DNA of 64,000 bases from an uncultured cyanobacterium (GCA_963744145.1 CAVUSO010000001.1:7570711-7634710), one strand, 5' to 3'. Counted from the first letter of the stretch, positions 1 through 10,739 are shown. Numbers and translations are program-made. The notes: generated by a model from the letters alone, not told the origin.

Positions 1-749
1 TCTTTAATTTTTCTTACATGAACTAATGCCTGATTAAAAGCATCTTCAAAAAATGGACTTTTGGTGACATAAATCTGACTCCGTTCTACTTCAATCTTTA
101 AATAAGCATCATCCGTAAAACTAGGTTCATCATCTTTATAATTTGTATGACCTACTACAAAATTTCCTTTATTTTTTTGCAAAATAACAATTATATATTT
201 AATAAATGAAGCTAGATAAGAATAGGACTCTAAATTTCGTAGTTTTTGATTGGGTTGGACATAATTGTCCGTAAAGTCATTGCCAACAAAAAATGAGAGA
301 AATACCATATCTGGTTTCAATGCTAAACCTTCATTCACAAAAACTGATAGATAATCTTTTGGTCCTAAATTGGGAATTCCCATGTTAATAACTTCAACTT
401 TTTTATGTTGTTGAGGTGGATTAAGTATGCTCTTTAACAGAGTTAAATAAGCATAGGGATAGGGAACGACAGCATAAGCAAAAGAATCACCAATTCCGAT
501 CACTCGGTAGGTATTATCTGCCTTTTTTTCATTAAATTCTACATCTTTAAACCCTTTTGAATTCAAATGAAAATCGTAATCGGGGGCACCGCCTTTGCCC
601 CGATAGCGATTGTAAGAGGTATCATAAAATATAAATGTCGGGTTAATGGCATTATAGATTCTAAAACTAATTTCTATTAACACCAAAGTTATCAAAGTTA
701 TGATTACCGTTTGTTTCAAGCCACTGACGATTTTTTGGAAGTTAAACAT
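1..749 (-). CDS. SGNH/GDSL hydrolase family protein (runs off window start)
   Basis: Manual translation from ATG at 749: N-terminal TM (TVIITLITLVLIEISFRIY), LNSKGFKD, IGIGDSFAY (block I), VINMGIP (block II), FFVGNDF (block III). Confidence 0.8.
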   Translation of the reverse strand, partial: MFNFQKIVSGLKQTVIITLITLVLIEISFRIYNAINPTFIFYDTSYNRYRGKGGAPDYDFHLNSKGFKDVEFNEKKADNTYRVIGIGDSFAYAVVPYPYAYLTLLKSILNPPQQHKKVEVINMGIPNLGPKDYLSVFVNEGLALKPDMVFLSFFVGNDFTDNYVQPNQKLRNLESYSYLASFIKYIIVILQKNKGNFVVGHTNYKDDEPSFTDDAYLKIEVERSQIYVTKSPFFEDAFNQALVHVRKIK

Positions 750-961
750 TAAGGTGCCTATTATGGATTAAAGAACAGAACTCATGGTGATCCTGGCCAA
801 GTAATTTTTAGTAAAAATCTGCTGGGCTTAGGAAAGAACTGAAGTCTAAGTTTAAATTAAAACTATTGCCTACGCAACTAAGGTCGGATTCACCCATCTG
901 GATGATCCTGCTAAAATCAAGAAATTAATAGGGATACATAGACATACTTGTCAAAATCTCC

Positions 962-1606
962 CTAAATTCGCTCTCTAATTAAATAAGCACAACACCGATC
1001 GCCATTCAATATATGTTCAACTCTTGTCACCGTAACTTCTTTACCTAGAATCGCTGTAAATAGCTCTAATTCTGATTCACAGAATTGCTGACAAGTTCGA
1101 GCCGCAGCTAAAATTGGACAATGGTTTTCGACTAAAATTAACGCTCCATCATCTTGGGCGATCGCCTCAGTCATATACCCTTCCCCATCACGAATCTGGG
1201 CTAATCCCGCTACCCGAGTCCGCCAATCCTGGTGATGCTCTTCGGCTAATAATTTTTTGGCATAAACATTTAGCTGTCGCTGAATCCGTTCTGCTAAGAC
1301 TTTTTCGATTCCAGTTGCACCAAATACAGTTTCAATTCCACGCAACAAATCAACCATCAAGTCACCGTGACTATCTGGAAATAAATGGGTAGATTGGGCC
1401 GTCAGTTGCCAGAGTTTCACCGGTCTGCCCACTGGACGTCGATCCTCTTGATAAGTAACTAATCCCTCCGAGCGTAGTGCTTGGAGATGCTGACGAATGG
1501 CCATTGGTGAGACTTGCAACTGCTGGGCTAAATTGGTGGCAGTATGGACACCTTTAGTTTTCAGCAAGTAAAGGATTTGGTTTTTCGCTTTTTGTTTGTC
1601 TTCCAT
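962..1606 (-). CDS. SufR-like HTH transcriptional regulator
   Basis: N-terminal HTH (LAQQLQVSPMAIRQHLQAL..GRPVKLW); C-terminal ENHCP-x-C and RCC cysteines as in SufR-type proteins; not next to sufBCDS, so probably a paralog; ATG at 1606 preferred over TTG at 1618. Confidence 0.8.
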   Translation of the reverse strand: MEDKQKAKNQILYLLKTKGVHTATNLAQQLQVSPMAIRQHLQALRSEGLVTYQEDRRPVGRPVKLWQLTAQSTHLFPDSHGDLMVDLLRGIETVFGATGIEKVLAERIQRQLNVYAKKLLAEEHHQDWRTRVAGLAQIRDGEGYMTEAIAQDDGALILVENHCPILAAARTCQQFCESELELFTAILGKEVTVTRVEHILNGDRCCAYLIRERI

Positions 1607-1659
1607 CGCCCGGACCAATTAACCATTCCTTAACTATAGCAACCCATCTGCTTCACTGC

Positions 1660-2025
1660 TCACTTTGACATGGCCATATAACTCAACAACCAATTGGCCA
1701 TAGTTGCTCGCCGCGTCTGTCTCGGGCCAAATTCACCAATTTTGTAGCCTTTAAACCCTAGTTGTTCTTTTAATAATTGCTTATTCTCCGCCGGAATAGA
1801 ACGGGTCAACTTCACAGTAGCAGGTCGGCTATCAATAAAATTTGGAGGTTCTGGATATTCATCTCTCCATATTGCCGCCACACCCTTACTATCCCATTGA
1901 TTCGTGTCACGATCATAGCGATAACCAAGGTAGTACCAGACTAACTCGTTGACGATCGCGTCTTCGATTTCTTCATTGATAATTGCCCAAATAGTTGTAG
2001 TTGTTAGTGGTGGTAAATCAGACAT
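1660..2025 (-). CDS. DUF1823 family protein
   Basis: LVWYYLGYRY, SRPATVKLTRSIP, KQLLKEQLGFKGY, TRRATMANWLL match this cyanobacterial/plant family. Confidence 0.8.
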   Translation of the reverse strand: MSDLPPLTTTTIWAIINEEIEDAIVNELVWYYLGYRYDRDTNQWDSKGVAAIWRDEYPEPPNFIDSRPATVKLTRSIPAENKQLLKEQLGFKGYKIGEFGPRQTRRATMANWLLSYMAMSK

Positions 2026-2066
2026 AATCGTTTGATTAGGTTAATTGAGATCAGGAAAAGGACTAT

Positions 2067-2657
2067 TTAATTAATCGGCGGTTGATGTAGTTTTCGATAT
2101 CCACCTAAGAAAAATATCCAAACTACTAAAGTTAGCCAATGAATCACAACTGGTGGCCAAATAGAACCACTATGTAGATATATAATTGTACAGGCAATTC
2201 CTAAAAATCCAGCTAATAATAAAAATATCGGGTTCATAAAAGTTGGACGCCCCGCGGGATAAAAAGTCAGTGCATTTAAGGGATGATAAACTAGAAAAAC
2301 AGTTAAACTCAAAATCGCCCAAGCTAATTCTTCTACTCCGGTAGGATTTTCACTCAGATGTGGTAAAAGCATCACACGAAAAAATCCTTCCTCCGCGATC
2401 GCAGTTAGTAGTAAGGTAATCGCAATAATTGGCGCTATTTTTACCCAAGAGTCGGCAAAAATCTCTCTTTGCAAAAACTGTTTTTTAGACCCGACTAATA
2501 AGGAAATGAACATTAAGATTAATAATAATCCTAAAGTCCACCACCAGTCGGTTATACTGGGAATAGTTGTTAAACTAGCACTTAGTCTATTGAGCATTAG
2601 CAAAGGTTTCCTAGGTCTAGTAATAATGGCTCCCGATCGCAGTTTTATGTCTACCAT
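2067..2657 (-). CDS. CPBP (Abi/CAAX) intramembrane glutamic protease
   Basis: EEGFFR, FLVYH, SIWPPVVIHW motifs with multiple TM segments; start uncertain. Confidence 0.85.
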   Translation of the reverse strand: MVDIKLRSGAIITRPRKPLLMLNRLSASLTTIPSITDWWWTLGLLLILMFISLLVGSKKQFLQREIFADSWVKIAPIIAITLLLTAIAEEGFFRVMLLPHLSENPTGVEELAWAILSLTVFLVYHPLNALTFYPAGRPTFMNPIFLLLAGFLGIACTIIYLHSGSIWPPVVIHWLTLVVWIFFLGGYRKLHQPPIN

Positions 2658-2952
2658 AATTTAGATCTTACCTGCTAGATTAGCCAATGCCAAATCCATC
2701 TCTACCACCAGCACAAATTCGCGCCCATATTCTCATTTCTGGAATTGTCCAAGGAGTGGTGTCTTTTTTACCAAAAAAACTTTTTCAACCAGATTAAAAA
2801 CTTAAACTTGCATTTATTTTATAACTTTGTATATAATCTAGCTTAGATGAAAAGACATGAGATTCTTTAGGTCTAGCTAAGTTTTAACTAAAGGCAAGCA
2901 TAAGGTCGTTAATCATTCGTCAATGTGTAAAAAATTTTAAAATACTGGGAGT

Positions 2953-3492
2953 ATGAATATGTCAGACACAAGCAATCGTGGATTTGCATCTATGGACGAT
3001 AATAAACAGCGGGAAATTGCCCAAAAGGGTGGCGAAACTGTTAGTAAAGATCGGGACCACATGGCTGAAATTGGTCGCAAGGGTGGCGAAAAAGTTAGCC
3101 AAAATCGCGAACATATGGCCGAAATTGGTCGCAAGGGTGGCGAAAAAGTTAGCCAAAATCGCGAACATATGGCCGAAATTGGTCGCAAAGGTGGCGAAAA
3201 AGTTAGCCAAAATCGCGAACATATGGCCGAAATTGGTCGCAAAGGTGGCGAAAAAGTTAGCCAAAATCGCGAACATATGGCCGAAATTGGTCGCAAAGGT
3301 GGCGAGAAAGTTAGCCAAAATCGCGACCACATGGCTCAAATCGGTCGCAAAGGTGGCGAAACTGTGAGTGAAGATCGCGACCACATGGCTCAAATCGGTC
3401 GCAAAGGTGGCGAAACTGTGAGTGAAGATCGCGACCACATGGCCGAGATTGGTCGCAAAGGTGGCAAAAAAAGTAGTAAAAAAGAGCAATAA
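2953..3492 (+). CDS. KGG-repeat general stress protein (GsiB/Con-10/LEA-like hydrophilin)
   Basis: RGFASMD..QREIAQKGG followed by 8 copies of 18-aa HMA(E/Q)IGRKGGE(K/T)VS repeat; GGAG RBS. Confidence 0.9.
   Translation: MNMSDTSNRGFASMDDNKQREIAQKGGETVSKDRDHMAEIGRKGGEKVSQNREHMAEIGRKGGEKVSQNREHMAEIGRKGGEKVSQNREHMAEIGRKGGEKVSQNREHMAEIGRKGGEKVSQNRDHMAQIGRKGGETVSEDRDHMAQIGRKGGETVSEDRDHMAEIGRKGGKKSSKKEQ
3055..3466 (+). repeat. 54-bp coding tandem repeat (about 8 copies)
   Basis: catatggccgaaattggtcgcaa(a/g)ggtggcgaaaaagttagccaaaatcgcgaa repeated nearly identically. Confidence 0.95.
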
Positions 3493-3541
3493 TTGGGCTG
3501 AGGGGCAATTAAGGCCATGCCCCTCGGTAACTAGATGCTAA

Positions 3542-4705
3542 TTAAATTTTAGCTACAAAATCCTGCAAATGTCCCATGCCTTTTTCGATCGTCCCTAAAT
3601 CCGTCGCGTAGGATAACCGGATATGATCATCTGCACCAAAAGCAATCCCAGGAATAGCTGCTACTTGATAGGATTCTAGTAAATTACTACAGAACTCTAG
3701 AGAAGTTAAACCAGTTTTACTAATGTTGACAAATAGATAAAAAGCACCGTCTGGTTTAGCACAAGTTAATCCAGGGATAGCTTGCAGATATTCGAGCATT
3801 ACTTGACGTCTTTTGGCAAAAGCTTGGCGCATTTCCTCAACGCAATATTGGGATGCGGTTAAAGCCGCGATCGCTCCATATTGAGCAAAAGTACAAACAT
3901 TTGAGGTACTATGACCTTGGATGGTACTAGCGGCATCAATAATTTCTTTTGGTCCAGCTAAGTAACCCACCCGCCAGCCAGTCATCGAATAAGCTTTGGC
4001 AAAGCCACTACTAATAATGGTACGTTGGAAAATTTCCTGACCGAACGAACCAATACTAATGTGTTGGCAACCGTCGTAGACAATCTTCTCATAAATTTCG
4101 TCAGAAACAACCAAAATGTCTTTTTCGATAATTACTTTGGCTAATTCTGCTAATTCGGTAGCATTATAGACAACTCCGGTCGGATTAGAAGGTGAGTTAA
4201 GTACAAATAGACGTGTTTTGGGAGTACAAGCAGCAAGTAGTTGTTCGGCTGAGATTTTATAATTACTAGATGCGTCGGTCGGAATAATTACTGGGACTCC
4301 TGCTGCTAGTTTGACCATTTCCGGATAGCTTAACCAGTACGGAGCAGGAATAATTACCTCATCACCTGGATCTAGCAGAGCTAGCATCAGGTTAAATAAG
4401 GAATGTTTACCACCATTGGTCACAATCACTTGTTCCGGATTGTAATCAAGCTGGTTATCCGTTTTTAACTTCTGCGCGATCGCCGATCGTAAGCCCGGTT
4501 CCCCAGCCGCTGGTCCATATCTGGTTTTACCTGTTTCTAGTGCTTTTTCCGCTGCGACTATGATATGTGTTGGAGTCGGAAAATCCGGTTCACCCGCGCT
4601 AAAACTGCAAACATTAATCCCTTCTGCTTTCATTTTTTTAGCTTTAGTATCGATCGCTAAGGTCAGCGATGGCGATACCTGACTAAGTCTTGATGCCAGT
4701 TTCAT
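3542..4705 (-). CDS. aspC: aspartate aminotransferase (class I PLP)
   Basis: [38 protein letters not shown] (PLP lysine). Confidence 0.9.
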   Translation of the reverse strand: MKLASRLSQVSPSLTLAIDTKAKKMKAEGINVCSFSAGEPDFPTPTHIIVAAEKALETGKTRYGPAAGEPGLRSAIAQKLKTDNQLDYNPEQVIVTNGGKHSLFNLMLALLDPGDEVIIPAPYWLSYPEMVKLAAGVPVIIPTDASSNYKISAEQLLAACTPKTRLFVLNSPSNPTGVVYNATELAELAKVIIEKDILVVSDEIYEKIVYDGCQHISIGSFGQEIFQRTIISSGFAKAYSMTGWRVGYLAGPKEIIDAASTIQGHSTSNVCTFAQYGAIAALTASQYCVEEMRQAFAKRRQVMLEYLQAIPGLTCAKPDGAFYLFVNISKTGLTSLEFCSNLLESYQVAAIPGIAFGADDHIRLSYATDLGTIEKGMGHLQDFVAKI

Positions 4706-4894
4706 GCCCACTTGTTCGAGAATATCCTAAATTTATTGCTGGTCTATTGATTATCCTACTCTAACGCTTCTAGCCAAAATGCTTATTTAATCACCTTACA
4801 TGGAAAAATCTCTGGGGCAGGATCATGGTCACGGTTTTGTCAAAATCGCTTAACATGATTAAAAAGTATTAAGTTTTATTCAGGATCAAAACTT

Positions 4895-5818
4895 ATGAAA
4901 GTTGCCATTACTGGTGCAACCGGATTTATTGGTAGTCGTTTAGTACAAAGGTTACATACCGAAGGCGATCGCATTTTAGTCTTCACCCGTAACCAAGAAA
5001 AAGCACGCAAGTTTTTTCCCCAGCTCGCATTTCCCCACCTGGAAATCGTGGTTTATACCCCTAAACAATCGGGGGAATGGCAAAAACATCTTTCTGGTTG
5101 TGATGGAGTAGTAAATTTAGCTGGATGTCCAATTGCTGATGAACGCTGGACTCCATCACGTAAACAAGAAATTTTAACCAGTCGTCAACTAGGTACAGAA
5201 AAAATTGTGGAAGCAATTCACCTAGCTCATCCCCAACCATCAGTGTTAGTTAATGCTTCAGCGATCGGCTATTACGGTAGTAGCGAAACCCTAACTTTTG
5301 ATGAAAATAGTCCTCCAGGAACTGATTTTTTAGCTGAAGTTTGTCAAACTTGGGAAAATGCAGCAGCACAGGTAAAAAATCATGGTACTAGATTAGTCAT
5401 ATTACGCACTGGGATCGTCTTAGGAATGGGGGGTGCGATCGCCAAAATGCTGATCCCTTTCCAACTTTTTCTGGGCGGTCCTTTCGGTACAGGTAATCAA
5501 TGGTTTAGTTGGATACACCGCGAAGATTTAGTCAATTTAATTATCTCTGCTTTGCGTGACTCCCATCTGGAAGGAGTTTTCAACGCTACCGCTCCCCACC
5601 CAATCCGGATGAGAGAATTTACTCACACATTGGGGGAAGTTTTACATCGTCCGGTTTGGTTGCCTGTGCCAGAATTTGCCCTAGAATTATTATTGGGAGA
5701 TGCAGCGCAAGTAGTTTTAGAAGGTCAGGAAGTTTTACCAAAACGCACGTTAGATTCTGGCTTTCAATATCAATATCCAACAATTAAGCCAGCCTTAACA
5801 CAAATTTTGTCGGCTTAA
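4895..5818 (+). CDS. TIGR01777 family NAD-dependent epimerase (ThyD-like)
   Basis: ITGATGFIG Rossmann motif, VVNLAG, ASAIGYYG, SWIHREDL. Confidence 0.9.
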   Translation: MKVAITGATGFIGSRLVQRLHTEGDRILVFTRNQEKARKFFPQLAFPHLEIVVYTPKQSGEWQKHLSGCDGVVNLAGCPIADERWTPSRKQEILTSRQLGTEKIVEAIHLAHPQPSVLVNASAIGYYGSSETLTFDENSPPGTDFLAEVCQTWENAAAQVKNHGTRLVILRTGIVLGMGGAIAKMLIPFQLFLGGPFGTGNQWFSWIHREDLVNLIISALRDSHLEGVFNATAPHPIRMREFTHTLGEVLHRPVWLPVPEFALELLLGDAAQVVLEGQEVLPKRTLDSGFQYQYPTIKPALTQILSA

Positions 5819-5831
5819 CTAAATATTCCCC

Positions 5832-5870
5832 AAAAAAAAAACCAGGCTGTACCTGAAAGTAGGACAGCCG
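5832..5870 (-). terminator. intrinsic terminator-like hairpin
   Basis: ggctgt(a)cct-gaaagt-aggacagcc stem with adjacent A-tract (U-tract on minus strand) between convergent genes. Confidence 0.55.
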
Positions 5871-5924
5871 ATTTAAAACTTTATCCACCAGTTAATTACA
5901 CTGGGATTTGTCAAAAACCTTACT

Positions 5925-6101
5925 CTATTCATTAGTGACTTCCAAATCATCAGGGTCTACATAATGACATACTGCGTCATCCATGCAGATCAAAGCCCAT
6001 CCTGAATTATCAATCCCCATTAATTTGTAAGCAGCTTCTTGGACGAAAAAGCCTTTGTGATTACGGGTATCTGGTTTGATGTTGACTTGATCGGTAGACA
6101 T
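5925..6101 (-). CDS. small hypothetical protein (58 aa), absent from ORF track
   Basis: MSTDQVNIKPDTRNHKGFFVQEAAYKLMGIDNSGWALICMDDAVCHYVDPDDLEVTNE; purine-rich RBS (AGGGAAGG) upstream and terminator downstream. Confidence 0.7.
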   Translation of the reverse strand: MSTDQVNIKPDTRNHKGFFVQEAAYKLMGIDNSGWALICMDDAVCHYVDPDDLEVTNE

Positions 6102-6294
6102 AATGGTAACCTTCCCTGTTTACTAAGTTAGTCAATAAACTCATTAGAATTTTTTATTCCTGAGTTCATTACATCTTATCATTAGCTAGATAAATTTAGC
6201 ATTAAGTTACTTAATGAATTATTACTATTTGTTAATGATTGAAAACTTTGGTGAACAAAGGGGAGAGGTAGAGCTGTTTTATGCTATAATAGAT

Positions 6295-6410
6295 ACCTAA
6301 ACCCCTTTCCTAGGAGAGAAGGGAGAGTAATTAAGATGAAAGTTTATTGAAGATTTGCTCGAAGTCATCCTGCTCCCCTCTCCTGGTAGGAGAGGGGTTG
6401 GGGGAGAGGT
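6295..6410. repeat. dispersed palindromic repeat, copy 1 (copy 2 at 42190-42314)
   Basis: acctaa..cccct(t)cc(c)taggag..gggag-taattaagatga...gctcccct.tcct....gaggggttgggggagaggt shared between both loci. Confidence 0.75.
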
Positions 6411-6440
6411 CAAACAATTATGAAACCAACTTAATCAACT

Positions 6441-6863
6441 TCAGATTTCAAATAACCATTTTTTCACCCGTTTTAAACTATCCCAATCAGGATTGCGATC
6501 TAAACCTTCATCAATATTGTGTTTAACTTCATCTCTTAATTCCGAAGAAGCAATAATCAGTTGGATCGCTACATCAATATGAGGACGTACTCCTTTTTGA
6601 TTACATTCCAACATCGCTGCGACTAAGTTAACTCGAGCTCGGGGATCATGAGGATTTAATTTCACCGCTTTTTGCCCAGCTTTATAAGCTAAATTAGGTT
6701 GATGACTGAGGAGATAAAGCCAAGTTAGACAAGTCCAAGCACTACTATTTTTGGGAGTCCGATCGCAAATTCCCTTAAATACAGGAATCAAAGTGTCTGG
6801 TCCTTCACCAGCTTGATAGCGAGCAATACCTTCATCAAACAAAGTTTCAGCTTGTTGAGTCAT
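6441..6863 (-). CDS. TPR-containing protein
   Basis: AWTCLTWLYLL..AYKAGQKAVKLNPHDPRARVNL TPR-like; directly downstream of iscA. Confidence 0.75.
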   Translation of the reverse strand: MTQQAETLFDEGIARYQAGEGPDTLIPVFKGICDRTPKNSSAWTCLTWLYLLSHQPNLAYKAGQKAVKLNPHDPRARVNLVAAMLECNQKGVRPHIDVAIQLIIASSELRDEVKHNIDEGLDRNPDWDSLKRVKKWLFEI

Positions 6864-6964
6864 TTATTTATTGAGGAGTAAAGTGGAGATGGAAATGGGT
6901 CATGGGTCAGAGCTGATGACCCATAGACCCATAAATACTAAGAATCAATCTTCAGGAGAAAAAA

Positions 6965-7321
6965 TTAGGCAGAAAAGGATTTACCACAGCCACAAGTTTG
7001 AGTAGCATTGGGATTAGTAAATTGGAAACCACCACCAATCATGGCGTGGCTGTAGTCCAATACCAAACCATAAAGATACAGCATACTACGGCGATCGCAA
7101 ACTACTTGAAAGCCGTCATAATCAAAGACTTCATCATGTTCAGTGATATTTTTGCGATCTTCAAAATCCATCATATAGGACATTCCAGAACAGCCACCTT
7201 GACGGACTCCGACCCGCATACAGAGGTCTTTGTCCTGACTTTTCCGCAGAAATAAAACTTGCTGTAAAGCAGATTCAGTCATCTGAATACCGCGTTGTTG
7301 AGACTGGATTGTTTGTGTCAT
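6965..7321 (-). CDS. iscA: A-type Fe-S cluster assembly protein (HesB/IscA)
   Basis: GGCSGMSY and [14 protein letters not shown] signature. Confidence 0.9.
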   Translation of the reverse strand: MTQTIQSQQRGIQMTESALQQVLFLRKSQDKDLCMRVGVRQGGCSGMSYMMDFEDRKNITEHDEVFDYDGFQVVCDRRSMLYLYGLVLDYSHAMIGGGFQFTNPNATQTCGCGKSFSA

Positions 7322-7682
7322 TGCCTTGTTGCTCTCTATGGTGCTAAATCAACTTGAGTATATTTGTCCATTTTAACGGGATCATCAAGTAATCGGCACA
7401 AATGTCCATTCCTCATTTAGGATGTTAGTCCTAAAAGTGTTGATCTGAATAGATGGGGGAGTGAGCAGCTACTGACGATCCGTAATATATTCTAGCCACC
7501 AATAAAAACTGTTTGTTTGTGTAAGGATCAAAAAGCTGACTACATTTGTCTTCTATTTCCTGATCCTAAATTAATCTGATTTGAGAAAATGACAGAAAGT
7601 CTTTAATGTTTAAGTATGTAGGGAGTGCGAATCCGTAAGCTCCTGTGTTTTTTTCTTCACTCAATTGCAATTGGCTTGGTCT

Positions 7683-9320
7683 ATGACAGTTTTCAATCGG
7701 GCTACCCGTCGTCGCTTACAACAACTCCAACAAATTCCTAGTGTCTGGGAAGGTGATCGCCGGGCCCTTGCCCCTAAGGTTATACCTAATCCCGAAATGG
7801 ACCCTGAAGCAGGGGGTGAATGTATTCTTTGGGTAGATGGATCGGAAGGTATTGTGCGAGCGATGGATATGGTGACTCCAGAAGCTGGACCAAATGCGAT
7901 CGTGCGGACTTTACTTCGGGCTATGGAGCATCCCCATAGTCCAGCTAAACCCGCTCGACCCCAAAAAATTGTCGTTCGCGATCGCGAAATTCAATTCTTT
8001 CTGCGTGGTGTGCTTCAGGAACTAGGGATTGGAATTGATTATGTCCCAGAACTACCACTAATTGACGAAATTTTCCGAGGTTTCCAAGAAGTAGTCAATA
8101 CTCGTCCTCCCCAGTTACCCCCAGCTTATGCAGACTTATTAACTGAAAATGCCTATAATATCTGGCGTGATGCTCCCTGGGAATTTCTGGACGAACACCA
8201 AATTTTAGCGATCGAATTAAACCAGTGGGATATAGATACGATCTATGTTTCGATCATGGGAAAATTAGGGATGGAATATGGCATATTGCTTTATCGTTCC
8301 TTAGACTCCCTCAAACGCTTTCGAGCTTCAGTTTTAGCTCATGAAACTCCCCAACGGATGGAAGAAGCATTTTTACGTCAAGATTGTTTATTTGTGACCT
8401 TTGAATCTGATAGCGATGATGATGATGATGATGATGATATTGACTTAAGTGAATTACCTCTTTCCCACATTCAACCCACTTTTGGTAATTTACATCCTTT
8501 AGAAGGACTGCGTTCTTTTCTTTATGATGAAGAAGCCATGGCAGTTCTGGTCGCACTTGATGCTTTACATCGTTTCTTTCGGACTAATTTAAAGAAACTC
8601 GCTGGCGAAAATTTTCCTAGTCTCACTAATCGTTATCGCATTTCTCTACCCCAAAATGATGAGATAGATCAGCCAGTTGCTGTGAAAATTTCTACTTTAC
8701 CTGAAGTAGCTCAAGAACTGTTAGATATGATTCCGATCGATGAGGATGATGATGAGGATTATGATGAGGATGATGTACCCTTATTACGAGATGATTTAAT
8801 TCCTAAAGATTCCTTCTTTAGTTTAGGGGCAATGCCTTGGGAAAATTTAGAAATTCTCCGCACTGGAGTTGACTATCATCAACCAGTTGATGGTGAAATA
8901 CCCTGTCAAGGAGATGGTTTTCCGATTATCCTGATTCAAACATCTTTACCAAAAGCGAAAACTCTAATTCAGGAACTTCAAGAAGCTGGAGGACTTAAAG
9001 CTATTTGTTTTAATCCAGGAGAAGACCCAATTGAAGGGGAAGAATATGACCTAGGTATTTTACAAGCAGGTAATGATCAACTGTTTCTGTTTGGAGAGTT
9101 TATGGAAGATGACTCAGTTCATATTCAAGCTCGGAAAAAATGGGATCAAAGATGCAAAAAGAATAAAGGTTATTGTGGTTTAATTATTGCTAGAGGTCTT
9201 AAAGGTTCTTCTCGTGGTAATCCCCAATTACGAGATATGATGGCATTGTTTGAAACTCGTTCTATTTCCTCGAAGGAATTGGGTTTAGGAACATTGCAAT
9301 TAGTACCTACCCCACTTTGA
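7683..9320 (+). CDS. conserved cyanobacterial protein (DUF6930-like), acidic
   Basis: Long ORF; QIPSVWEGDRR, RPQKIVVRDREIQFFLRGVL recognised as conserved cyanobacterial; poly-Asp tracts. Confidence 0.7.
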   Translation: MTVFNRATRRRLQQLQQIPSVWEGDRRALAPKVIPNPEMDPEAGGECILWVDGSEGIVRAMDMVTPEAGPNAIVRTLLRAMEHPHSPAKPARPQKIVVRDREIQFFLRGVLQELGIGIDYVPELPLIDEIFRGFQEVVNTRPPQLPPAYADLLTENAYNIWRDAPWEFLDEHQILAIELNQWDIDTIYVSIMGKLGMEYGILLYRSLDSLKRFRASVLAHETPQRMEEAFLRQDCLFVTFESDSDDDDDDDDIDLSELPLSHIQPTFGNLHPLEGLRSFLYDEEAMAVLVALDALHRFFRTNLKKLAGENFPSLTNRYRISLPQNDEIDQPVAVKISTLPEVAQELLDMIPIDEDDDEDYDEDDVPLLRDDLIPKDSFFSLGAMPWENLEILRTGVDYHQPVDGEIPCQGDGFPIILIQTSLPKAKTLIQELQEAGGLKAICFNPGEDPIEGEEYDLGILQAGNDQLFLFGEFMEDDSVHIQARKKWDQRCKKNKGYCGLIIARGLKGSSRGNPQLRDMMALFETRSISSKELGLGTLQLVPTPL

Positions 9321-9452
9321 TTGACTGTTGATAGTTCACTTTGGCTTTAGGGATAAAATTACCCCTGAGCAGTCAAAGTGTTGGGAAAATGTACTGGCAA
9401 TTATTTTTTGTAATCCTCATTAATTACCAATTCAGATCAATGGGCGAAATTT

Positions 9453-10022
9453 GTGAAAATCAAACTGGGGAAATATCTAACTTTAGCAGATTTCTGTACT
9501 TGTACAAATACCTATCGTCAGTACATAGATAAAATTAACCCTTTTCCAGAAAATTTGCCAGAAACTATCCCAGCACTACTAGATTTAAACAAATTTATAG
9601 TTGATCCAGTGATTGATTATTTTGGGATGAATAGATTTCAATTAACCTATGGGTTTTGTTCGCGGGATTTAAAGAAGTATTTAGAAAAAAAAGATCCAAT
9701 TACTGGAATTAAAAATGGCAGAATTGCTCCAGCGATCGATCAGCATCTAGCATTAGAAATTAATCAAAATGGTAAATATTACTGTAACCGCTTAGGTGCT
9801 GCTTGTGACTTTTTAATCACTAATCTATCTAGTGCGGAGTTAGTTGATTGGATCATTGACGAAAAATTACCTTTTGATTCTTTATATTTTTATAGTGCCG
9901 ATCGCCCGATTCATATTAGTTATGGTCAACAGCATAAACAAGATATCTGGACATTTACTCCGACTAAACTACCAACTAAAAAAGGAATTGAACGTTGGGT
10001 TGATTTAGTTAAAAAAAATTAA
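9453..10022 (+). CDS. peptidase M15/LAS-like domain protein
   Basis: DPVIDYFG..LTYGFCS, DQH..GAACDF, FDSLYFY..PIHISY (H..D..HxS metal-site pattern). Confidence 0.6.
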   Translation: MKIKLGKYLTLADFCTCTNTYRQYIDKINPFPENLPETIPALLDLNKFIVDPVIDYFGMNRFQLTYGFCSRDLKKYLEKKDPITGIKNGRIAPAIDQHLALEINQNGKYYCNRLGAACDFLITNLSSAELVDWIIDEKLPFDSLYFYSADRPIHISYGQQHKQDIWTFTPTKLPTKKGIERWVDLVKKN

Positions 10023-10099
10023 ACTTGCCAGAGATAGATGTTTATTTTATGATAGTTATATCTAACCTGAACAAAAATAAATAACTGTTTGTTAATCAA

Positions 10100-10739
10100 A
10101 TGAATAATTCTGTCGATCGCAATTCCGTTTTATTGATTCATGGTCTCGACGATACCACGGCAATTTTTAAAAAAATGACTGCTTACTTAGTCGGATTAGG
10201 GTGGGATGTACATAGCATCAATCTCATCCCCAATAATGGTGATCAAAAACTCGATGTATTAGCAAAACAAATAGAAGATTATGCTGAACAAGTATTGGGG
10301 TCAAAACCCTATTTCGATTTAGTCGGTTTTAGTATGGGAGGTTTGGTCAGTCGTTACTATGTCCAGCGTCTCGGAGGAATTAATCGTGTCCAACGCTTGA
10401 TTACGATCGCATCTCCTCACCAAGGAACTTTAGCAGCTTATCTGACTGAGCGTCCTGGTTGTGTTCAAATGCGTCCCCATAGCAATTTTCTTCAAGAATC
10501 TCAATCAAGATGTAGTCAGTATCCTAAACCAAATAAACGTTACTTCCATCTGGACACCCTTCGATCTGATGATTTTACCTGCTAATAGTTCCCATTTACC
10601 CGTCGGAAAAGAAGTCACAATTCCAGTCCCTTTTCATCCTTGGATGGTAACTGATATCAGAAGTCTAAAAGCAATTGTTGCTGCTCTGGAAGCTCCCCTA
10701 CAAAAAGAATTGAGTAAAATTCATCATCAGAAAATATGA
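10100..10739 (+). pseudogene. lipase/esterase (alpha/beta hydrolase), +1 frameshift near 10497
   Basis: LLIHG, GFSMGG nucleophile, SPHQGT; catalytic D/H half (WTPFDLMI..FHPWM) in next frame; paralog next door reads QDLNED where this one has caagAatctc. Confidence 0.75.

Noticed and set aside
962..1606. Naming this gene sufR
   Set aside because: SufR-like, but not divergent from sufBCDS as canonical cyanobacterial sufR is; symbol withheld.
2937..3508. Overlapping ORFs in other frames and strands over the KGG gene
   Set aside because: Shadow ORFs produced by the stop-free 54-bp repeat.
8311..8556. Minus-strand poly-His ORF
   Set aside because: Antisense reading of the GAT (poly-Asp) tract of the 7683-9320 gene.
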